Of a stretch of DNA of 64,000 nucleotides, positions 47,374-57,250 are shown piece by piece (within the stretch, counting starts at the first letter, position 1; every line of letters begins with the position of its first letter). A program made the position numbers and the translations under genes. The notes under the pieces are model-generated. The model was not told the origin of the DNA and made no database searches. It saw nothing but the letters and a program-made list of their open reading frames with translations. This DNA comes from a bacterium (GTDB taxonomy: Bacteria > Eisenbacteria > RBG-16-71-46), in assembly GCA_043779265.1 (NCBI GenBank), contig JAYWEM010000084.1, forward strand, positions 1-64,000. The letters run 5' to 3'.

Positions 47374-47931
47374 ATGCTGAGATGGAGCCGTTGGGTCACC
47401 GTGACGTCCACGCTCGCCCTCATTGCCACGTCGGTCGTCGCGATCGCAGCCGTCTCGGGCAAGAAGGCCGGAGTCCGCGACAAGCAGGTGGAGCGTGGGT
47501 TGTACCTGAGCGTCCTCATGGGGTGCGGCGACTGTCACACGCCGGGCTACCTCTACGGCGCGCCGGACCACGAGCGGCATCTCTCGGGTAGTGAGCTGGG
47601 TTGGACGGGTCCCTGGGGCGTGTCGTTCCCGCGCAACCTGACGCCCGACATGGAGACCGGACTCGGCAAGTGGTCCGAGAGGGAGATCGTCACCGCGCTC
47701 CGTACGGGCACACGGCCCGACGGGTCGACGCTCCTGCCTCCCATGCCGTGGCAGAACTTCACCGTGATGACCGACGCGGATGCCTACGCGCTGGCGGCCT
47801 ATCTCAAGTCGCTCAAGCCGGTCCGCCACGAGATGCCCAGAACCGTTCCTCCGGGCGAGAAGTACGATGGCGCGACGATCGTGATGCCGCCGCCTCCCGC
47901 GTGGGACGTGCCGCCACCTGCTGGGCAGTGA
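47374..47931 (+). CDS. Secreted c-type cytochrome
   Basis: Signal peptide, CGDCHTP, NLTPD.ETGLGKWS and PPMPW. Confidence 0.9.
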   Translation: MLRWSRWVTVTSTLALIATSVVAIAAVSGKKAGVRDKQVERGLYLSVLMGCGDCHTPGYLYGAPDHERHLSGSELGWTGPWGVSFPRNLTPDMETGLGKWSEREIVTALRTGTRPDGSTLLPPMPWQNFTVMTDADAYALAAYLKSLKPVRHEMPRTVPPGEKYDGATIVMPPPPAWDVPPPAGQ

Positions 47932-47949
47932 GCGCGCTCGAATCGGAAT

Positions 47950-47978
47950 CGCCCGGCCGGAGAGCCTCCGGCCGGGCG
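47950..47978. terminator. Hairpin between convergent genes (bidirectional terminator)
   Basis: 13-bp perfect stem CGCCCGGCCGGAG-AGC-CTCCGGCCGGGCG. Confidence 0.6.
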
Positions 47979-48001
47979 TAATTCGTTCGAGAGGGCAGGG
48001 C

Positions 48002-49054
48002 TCAGGGCTGACGAGTCAGTTGCACTGCGCCCGAGCCGGTGTCGATGACGACGCGCGAGCGGCCATCGCCGATACGGCCGGCCAGCGAGTTGCGACTGCG
48101 CTCGCGAACCGTCACGGGCATCCCGGTGTGGATGCCGCCCGAGCCCGTCGAGATGCGCAGATCGGCGCCGAAACCGTGCGGGATCGTGAGCCGCACGCCG
48201 CCCGAGCCGGTGTCGATGAGCACGTCCGTCTTGGTCGCGAGCAGGGAGGCGGTCACGGCGCCGGATCCCGTGTCGATGTGCAGACGGTCCGAGTCGACAC
48301 CATCGACGCGCACCGCACCCGAGCCCGTATCCACGATGAGCTCCAGGCACCGGATGGCACTGCACGAGACACTCCCCGAGCCGGTGTCGAATGAGACGCG
48401 CTCGCCCTGGATGTCGTTGGCGCGGATGTCGCCGGATCCCGTGTCGATCAGCAGGCCCCCGACGTGGCGCGAGACTCGGACCGTGCCGGAGCCGACATCG
48501 ACCGAGAGTGAGCCTCGCGTGCCCTCGGAGATGAATGAAGTCGCGCCGCCATCGAACAAGATGTCCGCATCGGTCCCGGACTGCTGCCCATCCCCGACCG
48601 CCAGATAGAGCTCGAGCTTGACTCCCTTGGGCACCTGCACGCGCAGGTTCGCGTGCGCCTCGAGTCCTCGTCCGCCCGAACCGACCGTCACACGGCGTCC
48701 ACTCCAGCCTTTCTGATTCCCCCAGGTACCGTCGTCGCGCAGCCGCACGGTGGACTGAGAGCCGCTGCGACTCCCAGGACGGTTGTAGGCCACGCGATCG
48801 GCGTCGTAGAGGATGCGAAGGCGCGAGCCACCGACCATGCGATCGGTCATCAGCTTGAGCTTGGCGGCATCGCGGCCGCCGCGCTCCACGAGGACCACGA
48901 TATCGGGACCGGTGCCGGATTCGATGATCGCCTGGCCGGCCAGGTTCCAGATCGCCACGCTGCCGCCCGAGAGCGTCAGTTTCTCGGCCGCGAGAGCGGG
49001 CGCGTGGGCGAGCGCGACGAGGGTGAGAGCCGAGAGAGCTTGGCGGATTCGCAT
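48002..49054 (-). CDS. DUF4097 beta-strand repeat protein (secreted)
   Basis: Signal peptide and repeated DTGSG motifs. Confidence 0.85.
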   Translation of the reverse strand: MRIRQALSALTLVALAHAPALAAEKLTLSGGSVAIWNLAGQAIIESGTGPDIVVLVERGGRDAAKLKLMTDRMVGGSRLRILYDADRVAYNRPGSRSGSQSTVRLRDDGTWGNQKGWSGRRVTVGSGGRGLEAHANLRVQVPKGVKLELYLAVGDGQQSGTDADILFDGGATSFISEGTRGSLSVDVGSGTVRVSRHVGGLLIDTGSGDIRANDIQGERVSFDTGSGSVSCSAIRCLELIVDTGSGAVRVDGVDSDRLHIDTGSGAVTASLLATKTDVLIDTGSGGVRLTIPHGFGADLRISTGSGGIHTGMPVTVRERSRNSLAGRIGDGRSRVVIDTGSGAVQLTRQP

Positions 49055-49125
49055 GCGGTGCTCCTTCAAGAGGCGGCGAAAGGGGAGGCGAGGGCATGCC
49101 ACGGTCAGCATCCCCTATGCATGAG

Positions 49126-49152
49126 AACGGCCAAGGGACCGAGAAGGTTGCA
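49126..49152 (-). promoter_or_regulatory. Putative ECF promoter for the divergent DUF4097 gene
   Basis: TGCAACC-N16-CGTT. Confidence 0.55.
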
Positions 49153-49185
49153 TCCCCTTGACCTGGGCCGATGCGAGGCGGCACC

Positions 49186-49221
49186 GGAGCCGCGCCTGGA
49201 GCCGCGCCCGGAGCCGCGCCC
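49186..49221 (+). repeat. Three copies of a 12-bp tandem repeat GGAGCCGCGCC(T/C)
   Basis: Read directly, between the two divergent promoters. Confidence 0.8.
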
Positions 49222-49276
49222 GTGAGGGAACCGGGCGCGCCCGCCCATCGGGGCTTTCCGCGGTCGGCCTTCGGGT

Positions 49277-49303
49277 CCAAACCTTATCGGGGTTCGGCCC
49301 GTC
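49277..49303 (+). promoter_or_regulatory. Putative autoregulatory ECF promoter
   Basis: CCAAACC-N16-CGTC. Shares AACCTT.TCGG with the divergent copy. Confidence 0.55.
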
Positions 49304-49314
49304 CCATCATTCGG

Positions 49315-49938
49315 ATGTCACTCACCCTGACCATGCCATCACGAGCCCTGAACCTGGACACTCCCGCTCTGTCCTCGAGTCGAGATGCCGACGACGTGGC
49401 CCTCGCGGCACGGGGGGACACGCGTGCCTTCCAACGCCTCTACCACGAGCACAAGGACCGGGTGTACGCCCTGGCGAGGCGGATGGCCGGTGTGGATCGG
49501 GCCGCGGAGATGACCCAGGACGTCTTCGTCCGGGCGTGGCAGAAGCTCGGGACCTTCCGTGGCGAGGCGCGGTTCTCCACTTGGCTGCACCGACTCGCCG
49601 TCAATCTCATCATCAGTCGGCGATCGAGTGACACCACTCGACGCTCCCGCTTCATCGAGGACGAGTCACGCATCGAGTCCGCTGCCGCTCGGCCCGTTCA
49701 CCGCGAGCTGGTTCTGGACCTCGAGGCCGCGATCGAGCGGTTGCCCTCCGGGGCGCGGGCGGTGTTCGTGCTCCACGATGTCGAAGGCTACAAGCACGAG
49801 GAGGTCGGCCGTCTCCTCGGGATCAGCACCGGCACCACCAAAGCCCAGTTGCATCGTGCGCGCATGCTGCTGCGCCGACATCTCGAGCCCGTGACGGTGA
49901 GCAGTCCTGCGCCCCTGCAGAAGGATCGAAGCCGATGA
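49315..49938 (+). CDS. ECF sigma-70 factor
   Basis: GDTRAFQRLY, TQDVFVRAW, FSTWLHRLAVN, LHDVEGYKHEE and TKAQLHRAR. Start is 49315 or 49333. Confidence 0.93.
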   Translation: MSLTLTMPSRALNLDTPALSSSRDADDVALAARGDTRAFQRLYHEHKDRVYALARRMAGVDRAAEMTQDVFVRAWQKLGTFRGEARFSTWLHRLAVNLIISRRSSDTTRRSRFIEDESRIESAAARPVHRELVLDLEAAIERLPSGARAVFVLHDVEGYKHEEVGRLLGISTGTTKAQLHRARMLLRRHLEPVTVSSPAPLQKDRSR

Positions 49939-50615
49939 GCGACCGCTGGACCGACATGCTCTCCGACCATCTCGATGGTGACCTCGCTCGCAGCGAAGCC
50001 GAAGCGCTGAAGCGGCATCTCGAAGCGTGCGAGGAATGCAGCCGGACTCTCGAGGAGCTGCGCCGACTCAAGGCGCGCGCTCGTGCACTCGTGGACCCGT
50101 CCGCGCCCGACGATCTCTGGGCGGGGATCGCGCGACAGATCGGTGCGGCGGGTCCCACGAGTGCGACGTCCGAGGCGCCGATCATCGCGATGCCCCCGCG
50201 GCTCCGGCGGGACTGGCCGCTGCCGCAGCTGGTGGCCGCCGGCTTCGCCGCGCTTCTGATCGGCGCTGCCGCCATCTGGATGGTGCGCAGCCAGAGCGCA
50301 CCGGTGGCGCAGGTGGTGCCGACTAGGACCTCGACGCCCGTCGCTGCGCTCGCGACGTTCGATGCCGAGCAGGTCGCGGGCGAGATCGCACAGCTGCAGG
50401 CGGCGCTCCAGCGTGGGCGCGAGAAGCTCGACCCGCGCACGGTCGAAGTGCTCGAGCGCAACCTCGCGCTCATCCAGCAGGCGACTGCGGATGCCAAGGC
50501 CGCCTTGGCGGCGGATCCGGCGAATGCCGCCCTTCAGAGTTATTTCGCGGTGAACGTCCAGCGGAAGCTCGTGTTGATGCGTCAGGCGACACAACTGGCG
50601 GGAGTCGGGTCATGA
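49935..50615 (+). CDS. Zinc-binding anti-sigma factor (zf-HC2) with a TM helix
   Basis: HLEACEEC (HxxxCxxC) and a TM helix. Overlaps the sigma stop. Confidence 0.88.
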   Translation: MSDRWTDMLSDHLDGDLARSEAEALKRHLEACEECSRTLEELRRLKARARALVDPSAPDDLWAGIARQIGAAGPTSATSEAPIIAMPPRLRRDWPLPQLVAAGFAALLIGAAAIWMVRSQSAPVAQVVPTRTSTPVAALATFDAEQVAGEIAQLQAALQRGREKLDPRTVEVLERNLALIQQATADAKAALAADPANAALQSYFAVNVQRKLVLMRQATQLAGVGS

Positions 50616-51691
50616 TCGAGACTCTGTTCGCTTTGAGCCTCCTGTGCAGCACGCCGGTCTCGGATGACGGACCGCCTCATGTCCATCATGAGGACTGCGG
50701 CCCGCACGAGGTGATCGAGTGGGCCGCGCAACGAGGTGGAGCCCTCGTCGGGCGCAGCGACACGACGATCACCGTGGAGCGGGGCCTCACGCTCGTGTTG
50801 CAGGGACTCGACGGCGACATCCAGGTCGGCACGTGGCCCCGGCAGCAGTTGCGTGTCGAGGCCGAGCATGGCCGCCGGGACAGACTGGTGCTCCGGCGCG
50901 AGGGTCGTCGCCTGCATGTCGAGGCCGTGCGCCCCAACAGCATCGCGGCGCACGTCGAGTGGAAGCTCACGGTGCCCGAGTGGCTCCCGCTCCAGATCTC
51001 CTGCCTCGGCGGGGACGTGACGGTCGAGGGGACGCAGGGCCGACTCGAGGTCTCGGCCCTCAGTGGGGATGTGAAGGTGCAGGGCGCGCGAGGTCCGCTC
51101 AGCCTCAACTCGGTCGAGGGCCAGGTGCAGGTGCTCGATACCGAGGGCACCATCCGAGCGAGCTCGATCAACAACGACGTGCGTCTCACTCGGATCGTGG
51201 GTGAGGTCGACGCGCAATCGGTCAATGGCAGCATCCGGATGGAGTACCTGCGCGCGCTTCACGTGGTGGCGAGTTCGGTCAACGGCCGCGTGTGGTTCGT
51301 GGGCCCGCTGCAGCCGCAGGGCCGCTACAACCTGTCGTCGCACAATGGCGAGATGTTGATCGGTCTGCCCGACGGACAGGACGCCCAGATGCGTGTCACG
51401 ACGCATCAGGGGGAGGTCCAATCGGACCTGCCCGGTTGGACCGTGCCATCACCTTCCACCTCGCGCAGCTTCACCTTCAAGCTGGGGGCCGGCGGCAGCG
51501 AGGTCGACCTGGAGTCGTTCAACGGACTCATCCAACTGCTCCAGTTGAAGGACGTCGAGCTGAAACTACAGCGGGTCGACGAACGTATCCGTGAACGTGT
51601 CCGGCAGCGGAGCGCACCGCGCGCGCCGCGCGTGCCGAGGCCAGCGGGCACGCCCCCGCCCGCGCCTGAGGCGCCCAAGGAGGATCGCTGA
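50612..51691 (+). CDS. DUF4097 beta-strand repeat protein
   Basis: Repeated S(V/I)NG-type motifs and a signal-like N-terminus. Confidence 0.82.
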   Translation: MIETLFALSLLCSTPVSDDGPPHVHHEDCGPHEVIEWAAQRGGALVGRSDTTITVERGLTLVLQGLDGDIQVGTWPRQQLRVEAEHGRRDRLVLRREGRRLHVEAVRPNSIAAHVEWKLTVPEWLPLQISCLGGDVTVEGTQGRLEVSALSGDVKVQGARGPLSLNSVEGQVQVLDTEGTIRASSINNDVRLTRIVGEVDAQSVNGSIRMEYLRALHVVASSVNGRVWFVGPLQPQGRYNLSSHNGEMLIGLPDGQDAQMRVTTHQGEVQSDLPGWTVPSPSTSRSFTFKLGAGGSEVDLESFNGLIQLLQLKDVELKLQRVDERIRERVRQRSAPRAPRVPRPAGTPPPAPEAPKEDR

Positions 51692-52497
51692 TGCCCTCGC
51701 TCGTCCGACGTCTGCTGCCGTTCTCGTTCGCCTTCGCTCTGGCCGCTCTCACTGCGGCACCTGTCCAGGCCGATGTGGTCTTCGGCTCGAGCCGCACTTG
51801 GGAACACAGCGCTCGGGTCGAGCGCGGCCAGACCATCTGGATCCATGGGGTCAACGGCGGGATCCGAGCCGAGGCCACGACGGGCGACCAGGTCATCGTC
51901 GAGGCGACGATCAAGGGGCGGACGTCCGACCCTCGGGACGTCGATATCCGCGTCGTCCCCGACTCCGATGGCATCGCGTTCTGCGCGATCTACCCGGGTT
52001 CTCGCAGCGTGTGTGAGAGCGGGCGCTACGAGATGCCCGTCAAGAACAACGACGTTCAGGTGTCGTTCGTCGTGCGAGTGCCCGCTGGCGTGAAGTTGCA
52101 GGCCTCGACCGTCAATGGGGGGATCATCGTGCGCGGCCTCGATGCCCCGGTTCGCGCGGTCACGGTCAACGGCAGCTGCGAGATCGCGACGACCTCGAGC
52201 GGTGAGGCTCGCACCGTCAACGGCAGCGTTCGCGCGAGCCTCGGCCGCATCGCCGTCACGGACGCGCTCGAGTTCTCGACCGTGAACGGCAGCGTGACCT
52301 TGCACGTGGAGGGCCCGCTCGACGCCGAGATCTCGGCCCGCACGGTCAATGGACGCGTGCGCTCGGAGTTCGACGTGGCGAACAGCCGACGCCGGGGTGG
52401 CCGCACGTTGGAGGGCACGATCGGACGAGGCGGCGCCCGCATCGACATGAGCTGCGTCAATGGATCGATCTCGCTCAAGCGCGGCACCGAGCTCTAG
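51691..52497 (+). CDS. DUF4097 beta-strand repeat protein
   Basis: Signal peptide and repeated TVNG motifs. Confidence 0.85.
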   Translation: MPSLVRRLLPFSFAFALAALTAAPVQADVVFGSSRTWEHSARVERGQTIWIHGVNGGIRAEATTGDQVIVEATIKGRTSDPRDVDIRVVPDSDGIAFCAIYPGSRSVCESGRYEMPVKNNDVQVSFVVRVPAGVKLQASTVNGGIIVRGLDAPVRAVTVNGSCEIATTSSGEARTVNGSVRASLGRIAVTDALEFSTVNGSVTLHVEGPLDAEISARTVNGRVRSEFDVANSRRRGGRTLEGTIGRGGARIDMSCVNGSISLKRGTEL

Positions 52498-52594
52498 AGC
52501 GACCCGACATCTCCGGCCCTGGGCCCCATGCCCCGTGGCAGGAGAGCGAGACGCCGGTCCCCTCGAGAGGCCGGCGTTCTCATTTCCGCGCGGC

Positions 52595-52721
52595 GAGTGT
52601 CCGGTCATGGGACGATGCAGTCCCACGACCGGACACTCATGCGGACCCGATCGCTCAGGCGACGGCGTAACTCCTTGCCGTGCTTCTCACCGGTGGCCAG
52701 CGCAATTGGAACGATTCTTCC
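52595..52721 (+). promoter_or_regulatory. Putative enhancer palindrome, IHF-like site and sigma54-like promoter
   Basis: 19-bp inverted repeat with one mismatch (52595-52638), TAACTCCTTG (52668) and TGGAACGATTCTTCC (52707). Confidence 0.5.
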
Positions 52722-52769
52722 CTTGTATCCGTACCGAGCAGAACGGATGCGAACTTCGAGGGAGGTCGT

Positions 52770-54011
52770 CTGGACATCGCACGCGAGAAGAAGCCCACAC
52801 GCCGGGTCCCGATCCTCATCGCCGCCATCACGCTGATCCTGGCCGGAAGCGTCGCACTCTCGCAGCTGAAGCCCGCGGCCCCGACGCTGGAGCGCGCGAC
52901 GCTGTGGATCGACACCGTGGCCAAGGGCGAGATGCTCCGGCAGGTGCGAGGCAATGGAACGCTGGTGCCCGAGGATCTCCGTATCGTCTCGGCGATGACG
53001 GCCGGACGCGTCGAGCGCGTGATCATCCGGGCCGGGGCCAAGGTCGAGGCGGAGACCGTGCTCCTCCAGCTGTCGAACCCGGATGTCCAACTGCAGGCCC
53101 TGGATGCCGATCGGCAGGTCAAGCTCGCCGAAGCCGAACTGGCGCAGCAGCGCGCGGTGCTCGAGACGCAGCGACTCTCGTCCGTGACTTCGCTCGCCAG
53201 TGCCCGCCGCGAGTTCCGCGAGGCCGAGCGCGCGGTGCGCGTCGCCGAGCGGCTGGCGAGTGAGGGCCTGGCCTCGGCGATGGAGATCGAGCGCGCCAAG
53301 GACCACGAGACCGAGGCCCGCGAGCGATTCGACAGCGAGACGCGCCGTCTCGAGGTCTCGACCGACGCTGTGAAGGCGCAGTTGGTGTTGCGCGAGTCCG
53401 AAGTCGACCGGCTGCGATCGATCGCGGGATTCCATCGCGAACGCGTCGCGAGCATGACCGTGCGTGCCGGCCAGGCTGGCGTGGTGCAGACGCTCACGCT
53501 GCAGCCAGGCGAGTGGGTGAACCCCGGTCAGGAAATGGCCCGCGTCGCGGGACAGGACCGGCTCAAAGCGGTCGTGCGCGTTCCCGAGACGCAGGCACGT
53601 GACCTGACGCTGGGGCTGCCCGCCGAGGTGGACACGCGCAACGGCGTGGTGAAGGGCCGGGTTTCGCGCGTGGACCCCTCGGTGCAGGGCGGCACGGTCG
53701 CCGTCGACATCCAACTCGAGGGCGTCCTCCCGAAGGGAGCGCGTCCGGATCTCTCGATCGATGCCGTCGTCGAGATCGAGCGCCTTGCCGACGTGCTGCA
53801 CGTGGGCCGTCCCGCGAACGGATCGAGTGAGGCGACCGTCGGGTTGTTCCGACTCGACCGCGATGGACGGTTCGCCACGCGAGTGAGCGTGGAACTCGGC
53901 CGCGGCTCGGCCGATCGCATCGAAGTGCGCTCCGGCCTTGAGCCGGGCGACCAGATCATCCTGTCGGAGATGTCGCGCTGGGACGGAGTCGAGCGCGTGA
54001 GGCTCAAGTGA
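52770..54011 (+). CDS. HlyD/MacA-type periplasmic adaptor (probable CTG start)
   Basis: GGAGG RBS then CTG-DIAR. One TM helix, VRGNGTLVP, coiled coil, ARPDLS and GLEPGD. Confidence 0.9.
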   Translation: MDIAREKKPTRRVPILIAAITLILAGSVALSQLKPAAPTLERATLWIDTVAKGEMLRQVRGNGTLVPEDLRIVSAMTAGRVERVIIRAGAKVEAETVLLQLSNPDVQLQALDADRQVKLAEAELAQQRAVLETQRLSSVTSLASARREFREAERAVRVAERLASEGLASAMEIERAKDHETEARERFDSETRRLEVSTDAVKAQLVLRESEVDRLRSIAGFHRERVASMTVRAGQAGVVQTLTLQPGEWVNPGQEMARVAGQDRLKAVVRVPETQARDLTLGLPAEVDTRNGVVKGRVSRVDPSVQGGTVAVDIQLEGVLPKGARPDLSIDAVVEIERLADVLHVGRPANGSSEATVGLFRLDRDGRFATRVSVELGRGSADRIEVRSGLEPGDQIILSEMSRWDGVERVRLK

Positions 54012-54037
54012 ACACAGCTCCCCCTGAAGGAGGACGC

Positions 54038-54790
54038 ATGACCATCACCACGACCGATCGTCCCGCCGCCTCACCGTCCGCGTCGCGTCCGAGCAGCAGC
54101 GGCCAGTCGTTGCTGCGACTCGAGGACGTCAAGAAGGTCTTCTACACCGAGGAGGTCGAGACCCACGCGCTCTCCGGTGTGCATCTCGAAATCGAGCGCG
54201 GCGAGTTCGTCTCGATCTCGGGTCCGTCGGGTTGTGGCAAGTCGACCCTGTTGTCGATCCTCGGGCTGCTCGACACGCCGAGTGAGGGGCTCTATTGGCT
54301 GGACGGCAAGCCCGTTCAGAGCCTTGGCTTCGCGGAGCGCGCTCGCATCCGCAATCGCGAGATCGGCTTCATCTTCCAGAGCTTCAACCTGATCGGCGAT
54401 CTCACGGTGTACGAGAACGTCGAGCTGCCGCTCACGTATCGCGGCATGGCCGCCTCCGAGCGCAAGCGCCGCGTCGGCGAGGCGCTCGAGCGCGTCAGCA
54501 TGGCGCATCGCAGCAAGCACCTGCCCTCGCAGCTCTCGGGTGGTCAACAGCAGCGTGTCGCCGTGGCGCGGGCGCTCGCCGGCGATCCGCTCATCCTGCT
54601 CGCTGATGAGCCCACCGGGAATCTCGACTCGTCCAATGGCGACGCCGTGATGGAGTTGCTCAAGGACCTGCACGCGATGGGCTCGACCATCTGCATGGTG
54701 ACCCACGATCCGCGGTTCGCCCGCTCGGCCGATCGCACGATCCATCTGTTCGACGGTCGGGTGGTGGACGACAAGTCGCCCGCCGCGTGA
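54038..54790 (+). CDS. ABC transporter ATP-binding protein (MacB/LolD type)
   Basis: GPSGCGKS, LSGGQQQ, ADEPTGNLD and VTH motifs. Confidence 0.95.
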   Translation: MTITTTDRPAASPSASRPSSSGQSLLRLEDVKKVFYTEEVETHALSGVHLEIERGEFVSISGPSGCGKSTLLSILGLLDTPSEGLYWLDGKPVQSLGFAERARIRNREIGFIFQSFNLIGDLTVYENVELPLTYRGMAASERKRRVGEALERVSMAHRSKHLPSQLSGGQQQRVAVARALAGDPLILLADEPTGNLDSSNGDAVMELLKDLHAMGSTICMVTHDPRFARSADRTIHLFDGRVVDDKSPAA

Positions 54791-54797
54791 GGTGACC

Positions 54798-57242
54798 ATG
54801 TTCGACGGTCTGCTCCAGGACCTGCGGGATGCGGCTCGCTCGTTGGGTCGCCACAAGGTGGTCACCGCGATCGCCGTCGCGTCGCTGGCACTTGCCATCG
54901 GTGCGAACTCGGCGCTGTTCACGGTCGTGGACACCTATGTGCTTCGAGGCACGGGCGCCCCGGAGCCCGAGCGGCTGGTTCGCATCTACCAGAGCGAGTC
55001 GAGCGGCGAGCCGTGGGGGACGTTCTCCTACCTCGGCTTCGCCGATCACGAGCGCCAGGCGAAGTCGCTGTCGCACTTGGCCGTCGAGGCGCCCCGTCCG
55101 ATGAACCTCTCCGTCTCCGACCGCGGCGAGCGCATCCTCGGTGCGATGGTCTCGGGAAGTTACTTCCCGCTGCTTCAGCGTCCGGCCGCCGTCGGCCGCT
55201 TTATCGGTCGCGGAGATGATGAACTCGCCTCGCCCTCGGCGGTGGCCGTGCTGGGCGAGCGATTCTGGCGACGGCGATTCGCTGCGGATCCGAACATCGT
55301 CGGCCGCGACGTGCATCTGAACGGCCGGGTGTTCCGCATCATCGGCGTTGCGCCGACCGGTTTCTCGGGCACCATCGCCCCACTCACACCCGATGTCTAC
55401 GTTCCGGTCACGACGGCGGGCCTGCTCGATCCCACCGAGAGCGACATGGCCAATCGGGGTGGCCGCTGGCTCATGGCGATGGGTCGACTCGCGCCGGGCG
55501 CGACGAGACAGCAGGCTGAAGCGGAACTCGGAGCCATCACGCGCGCCCTCGGCCGGGAATTCCCCGCCGACAGTGGACGCATGGTGAGCGTCATCGCCGA
55601 ACACGAGGGTCGCGTGTTCCCCGCGGCCAAGGGCATCGTGCTCGGGTTCCTCGGCATGCTGTTCGCGGTCATCACGCTGGTGCTGCTGGTCGCCTGCGCG
55701 AACGTGGCGAGCCTGCTGCTCGCTCGGGGCGAAGCGAGGCGTCAGGAGTTCGCCGTGCGAGCCGCTCTCGGTGCTGGTCGCGGTCGCCTGATCAGGCAGT
55801 TGCTCATGGAGAGCGGGCTCATCGGGATGGGAGGAGCGGTCGTCGGCTTCGCGATCGCCCACGTCCTCTGTCGCCTCCTGACGCGGTTCCAGCCGCCCAT
55901 TCCGATCCCGATGACGTTCTCCCTGCAGCCGGATGCCCGAGTCCTGGCCTTCGCGATCGCAATCGGTTTTGCGACCAGTCTGATCTTCGGCCTCATGTCC
56001 GGGATCCAGTCGACCTCGGTCGGCCTGCTGAGCCGTGTGCGCGATGGCGGCCTGACCTCAACGCGTCGCTCGCGGCTCCGCCGTGCGCTGGTCGTCGTGC
56101 AGCTCGCCACGACGCTCGTGCTGCTGGGGGGAGCGGGACTCTTCATGCGTGCGCTCGTGCGTGCGCAGACGCTCGATCCGGGTTTCGACATCGAGCATGT
56201 CGGCATGGCGTCGCTCGATTTCAAGCTGAGCGGGTACCGGCTCGAAGCCGGTCGACAGTTCGCCGAGCAAGTCGCCGAACGCCTTCGCCAGCGCCCGGAC
56301 GTGTCCGATGTGGCGATCACCGATCAGGCGCCGCTCGGGCTCGCGTGGTCGAACCGCGGCTTGATGGTCGAGGGTGCGGCGGTCGCCACGGGGAACGATG
56401 CGGAGTGTGCGATCCAGTCGATCGGCCCCAGCTACCTGGGCACCGTGGGAATCGCACTGCTGCGCGGTCGTGATTTCAATGCAGCCGATCGCGACAGCGC
56501 ACCGCTCGTCGTCATCGTCAACGAGGCGTTCGCCAAGCACCATTGGGGAGGCGAGGATCCGATCGGCCGCCGGATCAACTGGGATCCGTCCGGCGAAGGC
56601 CCGTGGGTGACCGTTGTCGGAATGACAGCCACCACCTCGACGCGCTCGCTGGCCGAGGAACCGCGTCCCTTCCTTTATGTGCCCTACGCCCAGGAGGGGG
56701 AGGCCAGTCTGACGATGGTCGCTCGAGGGACAGGGGACGCTGAGGTGCTCGCTGCGACCATCGCGGAGACGGCGCGTGAGTTGGACCCGGACCTCCTGGT
56801 CTACGACGCGAAGAGCATGGCGAGGCATCTCGGCGTCGCGCTCCTGCCGGTGCGCATCGCCAGCACGGCGTTCGGTGCGCTGGGATTGCTCGCGCTCGCG
56901 CTTTCGCTGCTCGGCCTGTTCGGTGTGATCGCCTACTCGGTCAGCCAGCGGACGCGCGAGATCGGGCTGCGCATGGTGTTCGGCGCCACTCGTGAGGACA
57001 TCCTCCGGCTCGTCTTGGGCGAGGGGATGCGGCTGGTCACGATCGGCGTCGTCATCGGCTTCGCCCTCGTTCTGGCGATGGGGCAGCTCGTGCGCGGCTT
57101 CCTCTACGGCGTGCCGCCGGCCGACCCCGTCGCACTCGGCAGTGTCGTCGCTCTGCTGGCGATCGCGGCCCTCATCGCGGCATGGCTCCCCGCCCACCGC
57201 GCCACGCGCATCGAGCCCTCGATCGCGCTTCGGCAGGACTAG
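54798..57242 (+). CDS. ADOP-type duplicated MacB/FtsX ABC permease
   Basis: LQDLR, IGANSA, ACANVA, RAALGAGR, RTREIGLR and PAHRA motifs. Confidence 0.92.
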   Translation: MFDGLLQDLRDAARSLGRHKVVTAIAVASLALAIGANSALFTVVDTYVLRGTGAPEPERLVRIYQSESSGEPWGTFSYLGFADHERQAKSLSHLAVEAPRPMNLSVSDRGERILGAMVSGSYFPLLQRPAAVGRFIGRGDDELASPSAVAVLGERFWRRRFAADPNIVGRDVHLNGRVFRIIGVAPTGFSGTIAPLTPDVYVPVTTAGLLDPTESDMANRGGRWLMAMGRLAPGATRQQAEAELGAITRALGREFPADSGRMVSVIAEHEGRVFPAAKGIVLGFLGMLFAVITLVLLVACANVASLLLARGEARRQEFAVRAALGAGRGRLIRQLLMESGLIGMGGAVVGFAIAHVLCRLLTRFQPPIPIPMTFSLQPDARVLAFAIAIGFATSLIFGLMSGIQSTSVGLLSRVRDGGLTSTRRSRLRRALVVVQLATTLVLLGGAGLFMRALVRAQTLDPGFDIEHVGMASLDFKLSGYRLEAGRQFAEQVAERLRQRPDVSDVAITDQAPLGLAWSNRGLMVEGAAVATGNDAECAIQSIGPSYLGTVGIALLRGRDFNAADRDSAPLVVIVNEAFAKHHWGGEDPIGRRINWDPSGEGPWVTVVGMTATTSTRSLAEEPRPFLYVPYAQEGEASLTMVARGTGDAEVLAATIAETARELDPDLLVYDAKSMARHLGVALLPVRIASTAFGALGLLALALSLLGLFGVIAYSVSQRTREIGLRMVFGATREDILRLVLGEGMRLVTIGVVIGFALVLAMGQLVRGFLYGVPPADPVALGSVVALLAIAALIAAWLPAHRATRIEPSIALRQD

Positions 57243-57250
57243 GAGACCGC

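Noticed and set aside
48002..48560. Periodic DNA repeats (CCCGAGCCGGTGTCGAT) resembling a CRISPR array
   Set aside because: They encode the DTGSG protein repeats of the DUF4097 gene, in frame and with synonymous variation.
49186..49221. 12-bp tandem repeat as part of the sigma factor coding sequence (GAAP x3)
   Set aside because: It lies upstream of the putative promoter and the likely start at 49315 or 49333, so it is treated as intergenic.
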